This document shows, piece after piece, positions 46,127 through 56,932 of a stretch of 62,690 nt of DNA. The notes beneath the pieces are model-generated. The model made no database searches. It was not told the DNA's origin and saw nothing but the letters and a program-made list of their open reading frames with translations. The DNA is from an uncultured Candidatus Poseidoniales archaeon (GTDB lineage: Archaea > Thermoplasmatota > Poseidoniia > Poseidoniales > Poseidoniaceae). How positions within the stretch are numbered: position 1 is the first letter of the stretch; each line of letters begins with the position of its first letter. The translations under genes and the position numbers were made by a program. The stretch covers positions 1 to 62,690 of the forward strand of contig CAYPPO010000005.1 in assembly GCA_964412625.1 (NCBI GenBank). Direction: 5' to 3'.

Positions 46127-47694
46127 TCCTCAGGTATGTAATATAACTCTACACTACCAGTTCCGAGAGATATTGGCTGACCGACAATGATGTTTTCTGC
46201 CACACCAGTTAATTGATCTCTCTCTCCAATGATACCCGCTTTCAATAAGTGATTAACAGTGACTTCGAATGCAGCACGGGCAAGAATACTGTGCTTCGTG
46301 CCTGAAACACCGTGCCTACCAATTGCTCTAACTTCTCCTTCAGAAGTCATTACATCTGCAACTAGTAGTAAGTGCCTAACATCTACTTCCAACCTAGCGC
46401 CGTCTAGAGTTGCTTGTAATTCGTTGACAATCGCTTGTCTGGCTGCTTCGATTCCTAAGTATTCGTAGATTTCAATAATGTTGTTGGTGTATGTTCTACT
46501 TCTGTCGATGGTTTCGATTTCGCTAACTCTTGACAAGTTGGAACCAATTGTTGACAGATAATATTCTCCGGTTTTATCGTCTAGTTGAACGTTGGCTCTC
46601 TCGACATTTGGGATACCCTTCAATCGTAGGTCTCTAATTTTCTCCTCGAGTTGTAGTAGCATTGTGTAAGATGGTGGGTTTTCAGCAAGTTCTGCTAAAT
46701 CTTCCTCAGAGTGAACTCCTGGAATCATGGTCAATTTAGACGCCTTATTGCCGTCTTTGTCTGCTTGTACATACAATCTAGTTGCTTGTTCCAATTTGTC
46801 CTTGACCTCTGATGCAGTCATATTCTTTTGCTTAAGATTGGATTTGTTTAGTTTCAAGACAAGCCTTCTCTGAGCAACATCTGTTTCTAAACTGGCAATG
46901 CCAACGGTTGTAGTAACTTCGATTGCGGCTGCAAGTTTTTGTGCCTCTTCAGCCGATGTCCTCTTGTCTGCTGTTAATCTGATTGTCATTGTAGGTGTTT
47001 GAGGAACTTTTCTAGCATCGACTATTTCGATGATTCTTGGAAGACCTTGAGTAACGTTTACTGTAGCTACACCCGCATAGTGGAAAGTACGCATGGTCAT
47101 CTGTGTACCTGGCTCACCAATTGATTGGGCGGTAATGATTCCTGCTGCTTCATAAGGATCGATGCTGGCCCTCTTCAGTGCAAAGATTGCCTCTTGAACT
47201 ACTTTCTTTGCTTGTGGTTTGGTTAGTTTCTTCTTGCCACGGGCATGGATTGCAGTAGTTAGGTCATGGAAAATTCTGTTGGTAAATCTTCTAGAGCCTG
47301 ATTCTTCGACTGCGGCAACCAGACTCTGGTAAACTGGATCATCAGAAAGTTCATCCTCGAGACTGATTAGTTTGGCATCGGCGTTGTAGGTGTCGATGTC
47401 TGCTGTAGGTTTCACTCTAGAGCGAGCTCTCTTTCTCCCGGTTCTACTGAGTCTGACAGATGTAACCGGGCCAATTGCTTCATTATTGGCCAATTTGTTC
47501 TTCTGATTTGCGCCATCAATAATGCCCTTAATTTGAGTAGCAGTTTCTGAATCGGTTTCGCAAATCTGTGCGATGTTCTCGGTCGGTAGGATTTTAACAT
47601 CATCCCATTTCCTATCATCGGCTAGTATATGCGCAAAGTTCTCTGCAATACCTAAGTCCATTAGCTTCTTTTTAGTTGCACTCTTTACTACCAT
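46123..47694 (-). CDS. rpoA2: DNA-directed RNA polymerase subunit A'' (Rpo1C) with N-terminal HhH-like extension
   Basis: [12 protein letters not shown]-like [43 protein letters not shown] and ARAAFEVT. Confidence 0.96.
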   Translation of the reverse strand: MVVKSATKKKLMDLGIAENFAHILADDRKWDDVKILPTENIAQICETDSETATQIKGIIDGANQKNKLANNEAIGPVTSVRLSRTGRKRARSRVKPTADIDTYNADAKLISLEDELSDDPVYQSLVAAVEESGSRRFTNRIFHDLTTAIHARGKKKLTKPQAKKVVQEAIFALKRASIDPYEAAGIITAQSIGEPGTQMTMRTFHYAGVATVNVTQGLPRIIEIVDARKVPQTPTMTIRLTADKRTSAEEAQKLAAAIEVTTTVGIASLETDVAQRRLVLKLNKSNLKQKNMTASEVKDKLEQATRLYVQADKDGNKASKLTMIPGVHSEEDLAELAENPPSYTMLLQLEEKIRDLRLKGIPNVERANVQLDDKTGEYYLSTIGSNLSRVSEIETIDRSRTYTNNIIEIYEYLGIEAARQAIVNELQATLDGARLEVDVRHLLLVADVMTSEGEVRAIGRHGVSGTKHSILARAAFEVTVNHLLKAGIIGERDQLTGVAENIIVGQPISLGTGSVELYYIPEE

Positions 47695-50600
47695 CAGTTG
47701 TCCCCTCCATCGTTATTTGATTCCTCGAATTCCCAAGCACCCATATCTTCTTCGCTTTCATCTCGATCTCGAGATTTACGCTCAACGATTGTTGCGCCTT
47801 CAGTTCCAAGGGCTTCATCAACGATTACATCGATGTTAAATGGTGATCCATGCACACCCCTAGATGGGTCAATGCCATCTTCGCCATAACTGAACTGGAT
47901 GATACGGTTTGCTGTGTTTCTTACCGACAACATCTCATCATCATAGACTTTCAAATCATCCATAGCATTGATCAGTCTTCTCTGCATGTAACCCGATTTA
48001 GCAGTTCTAACCGCTGTATCAACTAATGATTCTCTTCCTGATACTGATAGCATGAAGAACTCTGTTGGTTCAAGACCACGCTTGAAAGAGTTCGAGATGA
48101 ACCCCCGATCAAGAGCACCGCGACCGCCTCTCTTGAAATGGGCCAAGACTCTATCATTATATCCTCTCTCTAATCGCTTGCCACGAACCTTCGCTTGACC
48201 GATAGAACCAGCCATCATAGTCAAATTGTCCATTGAACCTCTTGCACCAGATATAGCCATGTTAACTGCTGCGTTTGTAGATCCAGATTGATTTAGTTCA
48301 TCCTTAGCAATGTCACCAGCTTTTTGCTTACCTTCATCGAGCATGACCATGATATTTTCCTCGAGAGTTTCTCGCGGAGTTCTTCCTGGTCTAGTTTCAT
48401 ACCCTTTACCGTCTTTACCGAATGCTGCAAGTTCTTCTTCGACTAACTTTCTAGCATCAGCGTTAGCTTGCTCGATTGCATCGAGAGATTGGGGAGACAA
48501 ATCTTCATCGTCGATACCTGTGGTGAATCCTAAAGCAGTACATGCTGCTATAGATAACTGAGTGAATTCATCAAGGAATTTAGCACCCTGTTCAGGACCA
48601 TTTGTCTGAACAATTGCGTCGAGCAATCTTCCATCCTCAGCACCAATTGCTCTCTTGTCCAGAGTACCTTCAACGCTACCATTTTTAACAACTACATCAT
48701 CGTTTGAACGACTTCTAAATCTCAAGTGTATGTTATCTGGTATAATCAGCGAAATGATATCTTGACCTCTGAAACTATCCCGACCATTTTCATCTTTGAC
48801 GACTTCGGGTAGTGAGCCAGTCCATCCTATGTTTCCTAGCATCTCCAAACCGTGTTCGACTGAAATTAGCGTACCTGGTCTAGATAGTAGGTAAGCACCG
48901 GAAATGTGGTCGTGAATACCGCCGATTACTGCACCGCCATATCTTGGAGTCAAGATGTGCTCTTGTACTCTCATCAAAATCTTCGCCTCTGCTCTTGCCT
49001 CTTCAGACTGAATCACGTGAAGGTTCATTTCATCGCCATCAAAGTCAGCGTTATATGGCGTACAAACAGCCAAGTTAAACCTAAACGTGTGACCCTGCAT
49101 TACTCTAACCTCGTGAACCATCATCGACATCCTGTGCAATGAAGGTTGTCGATTGAAAATCGCAACATCACCGTCGATTAAATGTCGCTCGACAAGCATA
49201 CCAGGTTTTGGGTTTCCATCTCTATCAAAGGTTGAAAGCCTATCTTCGACTGTAGTTCTTTCGCCCCATTCATCTGAAGGACTACCACAGTGAGGGCAAG
49301 TGATTTCCAGATGTTCTGGAAGTGGATCACGGTTCACCTTGTCAAGTTGCTCTAATTCCCACATCCACTTGTAATGTAGGATAGCTCGTGGGTCATCTTT
49401 TTCCAGTGCGTTACCGTTGACATCTTCCCCGCGTAGGTTTGCGAGTGTCGCGTTATCATCAGCAACATAATTTGTCACCTCAATGCTTGGATCGACGACA
49501 GATCGGCTAATTTCTTTCTTGATAACTAACCCGGGTAAGAAATTTGGTGCAGGCATTACTTGATGTAAGTCAGGCCTCATGGTTGTTTCTTCCATACATT
49601 CAGGATTGTGGCATCTAAATCCTGCGTTAATTAGTCGGCTTCTGGAATTAATTCTGACTCTTCGCTTATCTCCGCGGATGATATAGTTGACACCAGGATG
49701 TACATCCGGCCCTCTTAGAATCATCTGCCGCATTTGCTCTCGGTTTCTCATAGTAACTCTAATCGGTACCGTAAGTTCTCTAGCAATCTTCTCTGGAACT
49801 CCGACTTCATTGACACCAAGATATGGATCTGGCGAGATTACAGAACGTGCACAGAAGTTGACACGCTTACCTGAGAGGTTGCTTCGGAATCTACCTTCCT
49901 TACCCTTCAATCTCTGAGTTAGAGTCTTGAGTGTTCTTCCTGAACGATGTCTTGCAGGTGGAATTCCGGAGGTTTGGTTGTCGAAGTAAGTGGTAACGTG
50001 GTACTGTAACAACTCCCACAAATCCTCAACAATCAACTGTGGAGCACCAGAATCTCTGTTTTCCCTTAGTCTTTGATTGATACGCAGAACGTCGACTAGT
50101 TTGTGAGTTAAGTCATCTTCTGAGCGGTCACCACTATCTAAGGTAATGGATGGCCTAACGGTAATAGGTGGAACTGGTAGTACTTTCAACACAGTCCACT
50201 CCGGTCTGTTTTGAGTATCCATTCCGATGAATATCAGGTGTTCCACTGGAATACTACTCAACCATTCTCTTACATCCCTTGGATTCAATTTTCTTTCAGT
50301 TTCTTTACCGGTGCCTTGAGTCTCAAGTTTTTCTTTGAAAGTAGTTGGCTTATCTAGAGTTATTTTTCCTTGAGCGGCGCCACAGTGCATACAGACTTTT
50401 CTCTTGGCACCTGAAGTAACCTTCTCAATTTCTTTGATAATCTTAGAGAATTCTGTTGAGCCCACACCGTGTTTTAAGATAATATCGCGAACTCTTGTTC
50501 GGTAGTAATCTTGCTCACTCAGTTCTGGATTTGAAGGGTGAGTGTTTGGCTCATCGTGCAGTAGAATTTTGCTACATGAATTACATGTAGCTTTGAGAGC

Positions 50601-50894
50601 GGTTTTGATGAGGCCAACGAAACCGATGTGAATTACTGGCAGTTCAAGTTGGATATGCCCAAAGTGACCTGGGCTCTCGTCATACTTACAATTGTCAGTT
50701 GGACATACTAAACCTGGCTCAATTACACCCATGTGAGGGTCCATCAAACCTTGGCGATATGCGTGTCCATCATCCTTGTATGTATCTGCAGTCTTAACTT
50801 CTACAGCCGACATTTTTCTAATCTCACTTGGGTCCATAAGACCAAATCTGATGCTAGCAATTCGCTTTGGTATAAGGGTGGTAACTCTGCTCAT
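47694..50894 (-). CDS. rpoA1: DNA-directed RNA polymerase subunit A' (Rpo1N) with a large insertion
   Basis: [33 protein letters not shown], catalytic [10 protein letters not shown] and [16 protein letters not shown]. Confidence 0.98.
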   Translation of the reverse strand: MSRVTTLIPKRIASIRFGLMDPSEIRKMSAVEVKTADTYKDDGHAYRQGLMDPHMGVIEPGLVCPTDNCKYDESPGHFGHIQLELPVIHIGFVGLIKTALKATCNSCSKILLHDEPNTHPSNPELSEQDYYRTRVRDIILKHGVGSTEFSKIIKEIEKVTSGAKRKVCMHCGAAQGKITLDKPTTFKEKLETQGTGKETERKLNPRDVREWLSSIPVEHLIFIGMDTQNRPEWTVLKVLPVPPITVRPSITLDSGDRSEDDLTHKLVDVLRINQRLRENRDSGAPQLIVEDLWELLQYHVTTYFDNQTSGIPPARHRSGRTLKTLTQRLKGKEGRFRSNLSGKRVNFCARSVISPDPYLGVNEVGVPEKIARELTVPIRVTMRNREQMRQMILRGPDVHPGVNYIIRGDKRRVRINSRSRLINAGFRCHNPECMEETTMRPDLHQVMPAPNFLPGLVIKKEISRSVVDPSIEVTNYVADDNATLANLRGEDVNGNALEKDDPRAILHYKWMWELEQLDKVNRDPLPEHLEITCPHCGSPSDEWGERTTVEDRLSTFDRDGNPKPGMLVERHLIDGDVAIFNRQPSLHRMSMMVHEVRVMQGHTFRFNLAVCTPYNADFDGDEMNLHVIQSEEARAEAKILMRVQEHILTPRYGGAVIGGIHDHISGAYLLSRPGTLISVEHGLEMLGNIGWTGSLPEVVKDENGRDSFRGQDIISLIIPDNIHLRFRSRSNDDVVVKNGSVEGTLDKRAIGAEDGRLLDAIVQTNGPEQGAKFLDEFTQLSIAACTALGFTTGIDDEDLSPQSLDAIEQANADARKLVEEELAAFGKDGKGYETRPGRTPRETLEENIMVMLDEGKQKAGDIAKDELNQSGSTNAAVNMAISGARGSMDNLTMMAGSIGQAKVRGKRLERGYNDRVLAHFKRGGRGALDRGFISNSFKRGLEPTEFFMLSVSGRESLVDTAVRTAKSGYMQRRLINAMDDLKVYDDEMLSVRNTANRIIQFSYGEDGIDPSRGVHGSPFNIDVIVDEALGTEGATIVERKSRDRDESEEDMGAWEFEESNNDGGDN

Positions 50895-53800
50895 CTTCTG
50901 TCCTCCAGTTCTAATCTCATGGCTACACCTAAACTCTTCATTTCATCTAGTAGTAACTTGAATGCGTAGGATGTTTGTACCTTGTAAACTTCCGCACCGT
51001 CCCCGTGTATCGGGCTGACATAGGTTCTTCTCTTGGGATCATACCATGCAAGGTGACCAGATTGAGCACAAACATACATGTCTATACCATCGGATTCATC
51101 TAGCAATCTATCCTTGATTACCATGGATGCTCCGTGGGCGATCAAACAATCACGCTCCATTTCACCAAATCTTAGACCACCTTGACGAGCGCGACCTTCG
51201 GTCGGCTGCCGGGTAAGGATCTGTACACGGCCTCTGGAACGGGCGTGAATTTTTGAACTTACCAAGTGATGCAATCTCTGGTAGTAAATACAACCAATGA
51301 AAATCTCTGCTGGGTAAGCCTGACCAGTCTCACCATTAATCATGGTTTCACGGCCTGAGTGAGCAAATCCGTTTCTGATTAGTCCATCTCTTAGACTACC
51401 TTCTTTCTCTCCACGGAAAGCAGTCCCGTCGATTCTCCTTCCTTCAAGAGAGCCTACTTTACCACCAATCATTTCCAGCACGTGTGCAACTGTCATTCTT
51501 GACGGAATTGCGTGTGGGTTGATGATCAGATCTGGTACGACACCATCGGCGGTGAAAGGCATATCCTCTGGATTGACTAGCCTTCCAATGACACCTTTTT
51601 GACCGTGTCTTGAAGCAAATTTATCTCCTACTTCTGGAACCTTGTGGCTCCTTACCATGACTCTTACCATACGACCGGAATCCAGAGATTCTGTTACGTA
51701 GACGTTGTCTACCCAGCCCTTTTCACCATGTCTAACAAGCATTGAGGATTCTCTTCTTTCCTGTGCCATCAAAAAGGCACCACCAGAGGATTCTTCCAAG
51801 AATCTTGGAGGGCTGGTTTTTCCAACTAGTACATCGCCACCCTCTAGATACTTCTCTGGCAGCGGCAATCCGTCTGCCTCTAAGTGAACATATGATTCAT
51901 CAGGTTTCAATCCCTTAACTTCCTGCAGAGATGTTCCCGGCTTTTCAATTTCTTCTACTTGACCACCTGGGAATCTTCTTCGCTCAGCGTTGTAGGTTCT
52001 CATAAAGGTTGAGCGCCCGAGACCTAGGTCGATTGAGCCTCGGTTCATGATAACAGCGTCTTGCATGTTGTATCCATGAAGTGACATAATCGCAACTATG
52101 AAGTTTTGACCACCTGGCCTTTCATCGAAGTTTGTCGTTTCCATAGCTCTTGTGCGGGTTATGGATCGTTGAGGGTAGTGCAGTATGTGCGCTCTAGTAT
52201 CGGGTCTTAGCCTGTAGTTAGAGGATGGTAGTCCCAAAGATTGCTTAACCATCGCCGTACCACCGGTAACACGTGGTGTTGAGTTGTGTTCTGGATATGG
52301 AATTAGTGATGCACAGACACCTAGAACTAGTTGTGGGTCAATCTCACAGTGGCTATGTTCAGGAGTGTATTCTAACGGTACAGAGAAACTTGCAACTTCC
52401 CAGTCATTGTTTGGCATTCTAATTCTTGCCTTCAGTTTTGCTTCGGTAGCACCTGGTTCCCCAAGGTTAGTCCATTCGACACTTTCGTTGGTTATTGGAC
52501 GCCCAGCGAATTTGCCTTTCGGTACGGTAGCCGGAAGTACGAATGGTTTTGGTGCAATGTAAAGGTCTTCCTCTTCTTCAGCATCGACCCATTCGATGAT
52601 TCCTTCATTAACCAAATTCTTGAATGTCATCTCACCCTGAGTAAGGGCATCCAAATGTTGTGAGGTCAATCTTGGAGCACCATCATAAAGTATCAAGAGT
52701 GGACGAAGGATTCTACCTTTATCGGTGTTGATGAATATATCTCGATTCTCGCTATCATAACGAATTGAAACTTCGGGAGGAATTGTTCCACGACGACGAG
52801 CTGATTTAAAGTGACGTACCAGATTTGTACCACGCTTGTGAATACCGTAAATGTCACCGTTGACGTGCACTCTGTCACCGTCACTCCAGTCATCCGGTTG
52901 ATAAACATCTAATTCGTCTAACTGATTGCGAACATCTTGCTCGCTAATGTATTCGGAGACATCAATCATTTGAGCAGCATTCTTTACCAGACCGCAGTTT
53001 TGTCCTTCTGGAGTTTCGTTGGGACAAAGTCGGCCCCAGTGGGTTGGGTGTAAGTCACGGGCCTCAAAATGGGGCTGGCTTCTTACTAGTGGCGAAGTAA
53101 CTCTGCGCATGTGTGACAAGGCAGCGAGATAGGTGGTTCGGTCGAGTAATTGACTAACTCCCGATCTCCCGCCGACCCAATTACCGGTCGCCAGTGCGTG
53201 CATGATTTTCGAAGTGAGAACATCAGGCCTCAAACACGATGTAATTCTTAGTTCGCGCTTTCTGTTGTGGTGTCTTTCCAATTGATACTTCAAATCTCGG
53301 GCAAGTTGGTTGGATGAAACTCTGAACAAGTCCTCGATCAAATCTCCTGCTAGCCTCACTCTCTTGTTGGCATAATGATCCTTATCGTTAGGCTCTTTGG
53401 AGTGCATAGCCATCTCCAATACCTGCCTGACGATGCGTCCTAGGAATACTGCTTTCTTCTTTCGGTCGGTTCCTTGGTCACCGAGGTGAGGCAGTAACTC
53501 TCTGTCCAGCAGTTGATCGACTCTTGCCTCTCGGTAATCTTTTTGCTGACCTGCGGCAAATTTCTTCTGCAACCACTCATGCGCCTCAAGCATGTTCTGA
53601 ACAGCGTATTCTTCGTTGTCGTTGACTTCGTTGATGTTTGCTACAATATACTTGAAGGTATCAGTTGGACCGGCAATGGCAGTAAATATTTCTTGGTCAT
53701 TATCAATGCCTAGAGCACGCATCAACAGTACAACTGGAATTGGCGTGGTGCCCGCTGTGCTAATTTTAACCATCAGCATACCGTCTCTTCTCTTTTCTAC

Positions 53801-54499
53801 GGTGAGTGGTTTTCTCATACCGTCTTTTTGTGAGAAAATTTTGGCAACTTCAGTCCTTTTAGCATACCGATTATTGATCTCAACCGTTACTCTGTTTGGA
53901 GCAAGGTCTTCAGTGGAAATCAGTACTCTTTCCGTACCATTTATGATAAAATAGCCACCAGGATCTAACGGGTCTTCGCCTTTAGTCTTCAACAGATCTT
54001 TCCACAGGTCTGAATCCTCATTGGATGTTGTTGGATATAGTTGCCTATCTCCTGCAATGTGAGCAGGGTGTAGATTGCATCTTTTTGATCGTACCATGAT
54101 TGGCATGTTACCGACCTGAACCCCTTCTTCTTTGGGAGATGGGATGCCGTTTCTAACGATTTGAAAATCAATGGTTACGGGTGACATGTAGGTCAATTTC
54201 CTTAATCTACATTCCATTGGGGTCGATGGGTGCTCAGAGCCGTTTGCCTCTCTTATTGTGGGTTCTCCTAGTTGAATATTTTTTAGTCTGATAACAATAT
54301 CTTGGTCTACGACGTCGAGTTTGATGAAGCCGCCTTCGTTATCTTCAACTTCGCCATCAATACCAACACGGATGTTGCGAATTATTTTTTCCATTCGAGA
54401 CAACATGTTGTCACCGGCAGGGATACAGTCATCGTAAGACGCAATCTGATGATTTACTAGACTTCTTTCCTTGAAAAATGATTGAATTATTTCTTGCAT
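50891..54499 (-). CDS. rpoB: DNA-directed RNA polymerase subunit B (Rpo2), unsplit
   Basis: GGYFIINGTERV, ETPEGQNCGLVKN, GDKFASRHGQKG, NPHAIPSRMT and GGLRFGEMERDC; single 1202-aa ORF. Confidence 0.98.
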   Translation of the reverse strand: MQEIIQSFFKERSLVNHQIASYDDCIPAGDNMLSRMEKIIRNIRVGIDGEVEDNEGGFIKLDVVDQDIVIRLKNIQLGEPTIREANGSEHPSTPMECRLRKLTYMSPVTIDFQIVRNGIPSPKEEGVQVGNMPIMVRSKRCNLHPAHIAGDRQLYPTTSNEDSDLWKDLLKTKGEDPLDPGGYFIINGTERVLISTEDLAPNRVTVEINNRYAKRTEVAKIFSQKDGMRKPLTVEKRRDGMLMVKISTAGTTPIPVVLLMRALGIDNDQEIFTAIAGPTDTFKYIVANINEVNDNEEYAVQNMLEAHEWLQKKFAAGQQKDYREARVDQLLDRELLPHLGDQGTDRKKKAVFLGRIVRQVLEMAMHSKEPNDKDHYANKRVRLAGDLIEDLFRVSSNQLARDLKYQLERHHNRKRELRITSCLRPDVLTSKIMHALATGNWVGGRSGVSQLLDRTTYLAALSHMRRVTSPLVRSQPHFEARDLHPTHWGRLCPNETPEGQNCGLVKNAAQMIDVSEYISEQDVRNQLDELDVYQPDDWSDGDRVHVNGDIYGIHKRGTNLVRHFKSARRRGTIPPEVSIRYDSENRDIFINTDKGRILRPLLILYDGAPRLTSQHLDALTQGEMTFKNLVNEGIIEWVDAEEEEDLYIAPKPFVLPATVPKGKFAGRPITNESVEWTNLGEPGATEAKLKARIRMPNNDWEVASFSVPLEYTPEHSHCEIDPQLVLGVCASLIPYPEHNSTPRVTGGTAMVKQSLGLPSSNYRLRPDTRAHILHYPQRSITRTRAMETTNFDERPGGQNFIVAIMSLHGYNMQDAVIMNRGSIDLGLGRSTFMRTYNAERRRFPGGQVEEIEKPGTSLQEVKGLKPDESYVHLEADGLPLPEKYLEGGDVLVGKTSPPRFLEESSGGAFLMAQERRESSMLVRHGEKGWVDNVYVTESLDSGRMVRVMVRSHKVPEVGDKFASRHGQKGVIGRLVNPEDMPFTADGVVPDLIINPHAIPSRMTVAHVLEMIGGKVGSLEGRRIDGTAFRGEKEGSLRDGLIRNGFAHSGRETMINGETGQAYPAEIFIGCIYYQRLHHLVSSKIHARSRGRVQILTRQPTEGRARQGGLRFGEMERDCLIAHGASMVIKDRLLDESDGIDMYVCAQSGHLAWYDPKRRTYVSPIHGDGAEVYKVQTSYAFKLLLDEMKSLGVAMRLELEDRR

Positions 54500-54510
54500 G
54501 ATTATCCCTC

Positions 54511-55161
54511 TCAGTTACCTTCTACGATCAGCCTGTAAGCAATCGTCTTTCCCGCTGAAGGTGAGCGCCTAATTACCTTGACAACTCTGTCAGCAATCCA
54601 ACCTGCCGCCAGAGGTTTGTGTTCAGGGTCTGCTGCTAATTTAGCATTGTCAATAGATTCTGCTTGCTCTTTCAATACTTGAACGACAGGGTCTGTGATC
54701 AGTATTTTTGGCAGCAATTCTTTGGCAATTCTTGGTAGTCCTGTTTCATCGTCGATTTCGACCATCTGCCAAGGTGCTAGTTCAGCTTTCTCGATTTCGT
54801 ATTGTTCTTCTTCACTAATGTTTGCTTCACCAACCAATTCTTGATGAGGCACTAACTCATGATTTAATGCGTTAAATCTGAGCGTGATTTCTGGTCGATC
54901 AAAGTCATCGATAGCCCTTGATCTGATGGTTATTTTCTTACTTTTCTTTTGGGCTCTTCTTCTCGAGCCTTGCTCGGCGATTACTGACATGACGTTAGTG
55001 AACGCTTCAGAATCCTTGGAAGTACCCAAAATCGATGCTATTTCATCATGAGAAAGGGTTTTGATATCTGTCATGTTCCTGTCGGTCGCCAATTTGTGAG
55101 CGAATTCTTCAGAAACACCTAGTTCCATTAGCCGTTTTTTTGTTGCGCTTTTTACTACCAT
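54511..55161 (-). CDS. rpoH: DNA-directed RNA polymerase subunit H (Rpo5) with N-terminal HhH-like extension and internal insertions
   Basis: FNALNHELVPHQEL, LPKILITDPVV and VKVIRRSPSAGKTIAYRLIV. First gene of the RNAP operon; start taken at MVVKSAT (55161). Confidence 0.9.
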   Translation of the reverse strand: MVVKSATKKRLMELGVSEEFAHKLATDRNMTDIKTLSHDEIASILGTSKDSEAFTNVMSVIAEQGSRRRAQKKSKKITIRSRAIDDFDRPEITLRFNALNHELVPHQELVGEANISEEEQYEIEKAELAPWQMVEIDDETGLPRIAKELLPKILITDPVVQVLKEQAESIDNAKLAADPEHKPLAAGWIADRVVKVIRRSPSAGKTIAYRLIVEGN

Positions 55162-55210
55162 GCCAGACCCCTCAAACACCCGCAACATGCTAGACCGGCA
55201 GCGAATCAGG

Positions 55211-55284
55211 CGGGCCCGACGGGGTTCGAACCCGCGACCGTCCGGTTAAAAGCCGGATGCTCTACCTGACTGAGCTACAGGCCC
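55211..55284 (-). tRNA. tRNA-Lys (anticodon TTT)
   Basis: Reverse complement: GGGCCTG acceptor strand, TCCGG-CTTTTAA-CCGGA anticodon arm, GGTTCGAACCC T-arm; 74 nt, no intron. Confidence 0.96.
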
Positions 55285-55417
55285 AACGTAGCAACTTGGG
55301 CTTTACAGCCGACTTGCCTTGCGTTATTATATTTTCCGGCATGGTCAGCCCAGCCTCGCTATTGCGAAGCCCAACCAAAATCGGCCATTTTGAGCGTCCT
55401 GAGGGTATTGGCCGCTG

Positions 55418-56932
55418 GTGATGGTAATGAATAAATGCTTCGTCGAAAACAATAATGGTGTGAGCGGACCTGTTTTTTCTGATGATTCGGTTGCTAGAGA
55501 GATGGAATTACTCGACACATCAGCACAGATTCACCATTGGCAATCACCCACCGGAGAAATCTTTCATCTCGAGTTACCACACACGGTTTACCCGCCACGA
55601 GAAGATACCGATTTTATGGCTAAAAACCTCCTACGTCTCGGGCCAGGTAAAGGAAGAAAATGTCTCGAAATTGGGGTTGGAAGTGGCGTTTTATCGCTAT
55701 TTTGTCATCGCCAAGGATGGAAAGTTTCAGCCTGTGACATAAACCCGTATGCAATAGCCGCTGCTCGAGAGTTTTTTCGTTGTAATTCTGGTAGCGAGAT
55801 AAAATTGAGTGAGGGGGGGCCTGGACCGAAAGACGATGGTCGTCTTGAACAATGGTCTGGTAGCATAAATTATGATCTAATATTCTGGAATATCCCTTAC
55901 ATTAAACCAGCTACTCACAACTTTCAGCACCTCGGCCCATTGGAAGACGCTGCATTAATAGATACCAGTGAACAGAGCCTTGTAGCCATAACATTGGAAA
56001 AGATAAAGTCCGCAAATATGCTTAAACCGTCTGGTGTTGGCCTATTCACAATCGGAGAGACATACTCTGAAGAGCAGATCAATTCTTGGTGTGCGACAAA
56101 TGGCTTCGCATCCAGAATAACCAATCGGTTGAATTTTGAGGATGGAGAATGCTTGAGAATTTTGGCATTCTGGCACCCATTTGCTAAAGCAACTCACACA
56201 CACAAGGAAGTCGTTGGCTCAACAAATAGTGAACTGTTAACGGAGGATTGGCCTGTTGGTACTTCCATATCGGCTGATTATCAAACAGCAGGACGTGGCA
56301 GATACAACAGAGAATGGACAAATTCCGCTGAATTAATGGCCTGTTCTTGGAAAATTGCTAACCAACGTGAAATAACTCCCGAGATTTTACAGATATTATG
56401 CGGCTATATCGTAAAGGAGTCATTTGAATCGGCAGATTCCCCTTTTTCAGATTGCAAAGTATTACTTAAATGGCCCAATGATTTGATTTTAGTGAAAAAA
56501 AACTACTGGGGCAAAGTTTGTGGGATTCTGGTTGAATCTATTTCTAAAGGTAATGATAACCAAATCGTTATCGGAATCGGAATTAACATTTCCAACGGAG
56601 GTATTGAATCGGACACAAAATTTCCGATTGGATTTGCAGAATGGTATTCAAAAAACATAACAAAAGAGTTCTTATTCAACCAAATCCACTGCCGCCTTGC
56701 AGGGATGTTTGAGAATGTCAATGGCATTCCTAAGCTTAATTTCGATAACATTAAGCAATATGTATTCGACGCAGTTACACATGGATTTATGCAAGCCAAG
56801 TCATTATTCTATAGAAATAGTTCAGTTTCTTTAGATAGCATCAATGACGATGTTAGTGTCAATCTTATCACCCATGATAAGCAAGTTATCACCTGCTATG
56901 AAAGCGAGGATTTGACTTGGTTATTCCTATAA
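55418..56932 (+). CDS. Fusion: HemK2/PrmC-like SAM methyltransferase + biotin--protein ligase (BirA catalytic domain)
   Basis: N-half: VYPPREDTD, LEIGVGSG, DINPYA, IFWNIPY. C-half: GSTNSEL, QTAGRGR, KWPNDL, KVCGILVE, IGIGINI. Exact start uncertain. Confidence 0.88.
   Translation: MMVMNKCFVENNNGVSGPVFSDDSVAREMELLDTSAQIHHWQSPTGEIFHLELPHTVYPPREDTDFMAKNLLRLGPGKGRKCLEIGVGSGVLSLFCHRQGWKVSACDINPYAIAAAREFFRCNSGSEIKLSEGGPGPKDDGRLEQWSGSINYDLIFWNIPYIKPATHNFQHLGPLEDAALIDTSEQSLVAITLEKIKSANMLKPSGVGLFTIGETYSEEQINSWCATNGFASRITNRLNFEDGECLRILAFWHPFAKATHTHKEVVGSTNSELLTEDWPVGTSISADYQTAGRGRYNREWTNSAELMACSWKIANQREITPEILQILCGYIVKESFESADSPFSDCKVLLKWPNDLILVKKNYWGKVCGILVESISKGNDNQIVIGIGINISNGGIESDTKFPIGFAEWYSKNITKEFLFNQIHCRLAGMFENVNGIPKLNFDNIKQYVFDAVTHGFMQAKSLFYRNSSVSLDSINDDVSVNLITHDKQVITCYESEDLTWLFL

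Noticed and set aside
49210-49640. Rpo1N insertion as an intein
   Set aside because: No N-terminal Cys/Ser block A at the junction, no C-terminal His-Asn followed by Cys/Ser/Thr, and no LAGLIDADG motif.
7125-55284. Two near-identical tRNA-Lys bodies in inverted orientation, possibly att sites bounding a 48-kb element
   Set aside because: Both are complete, different isoacceptors (CTT and TTT). The interval is core housekeeping DNA with no integrase, and att sites would be direct repeats.
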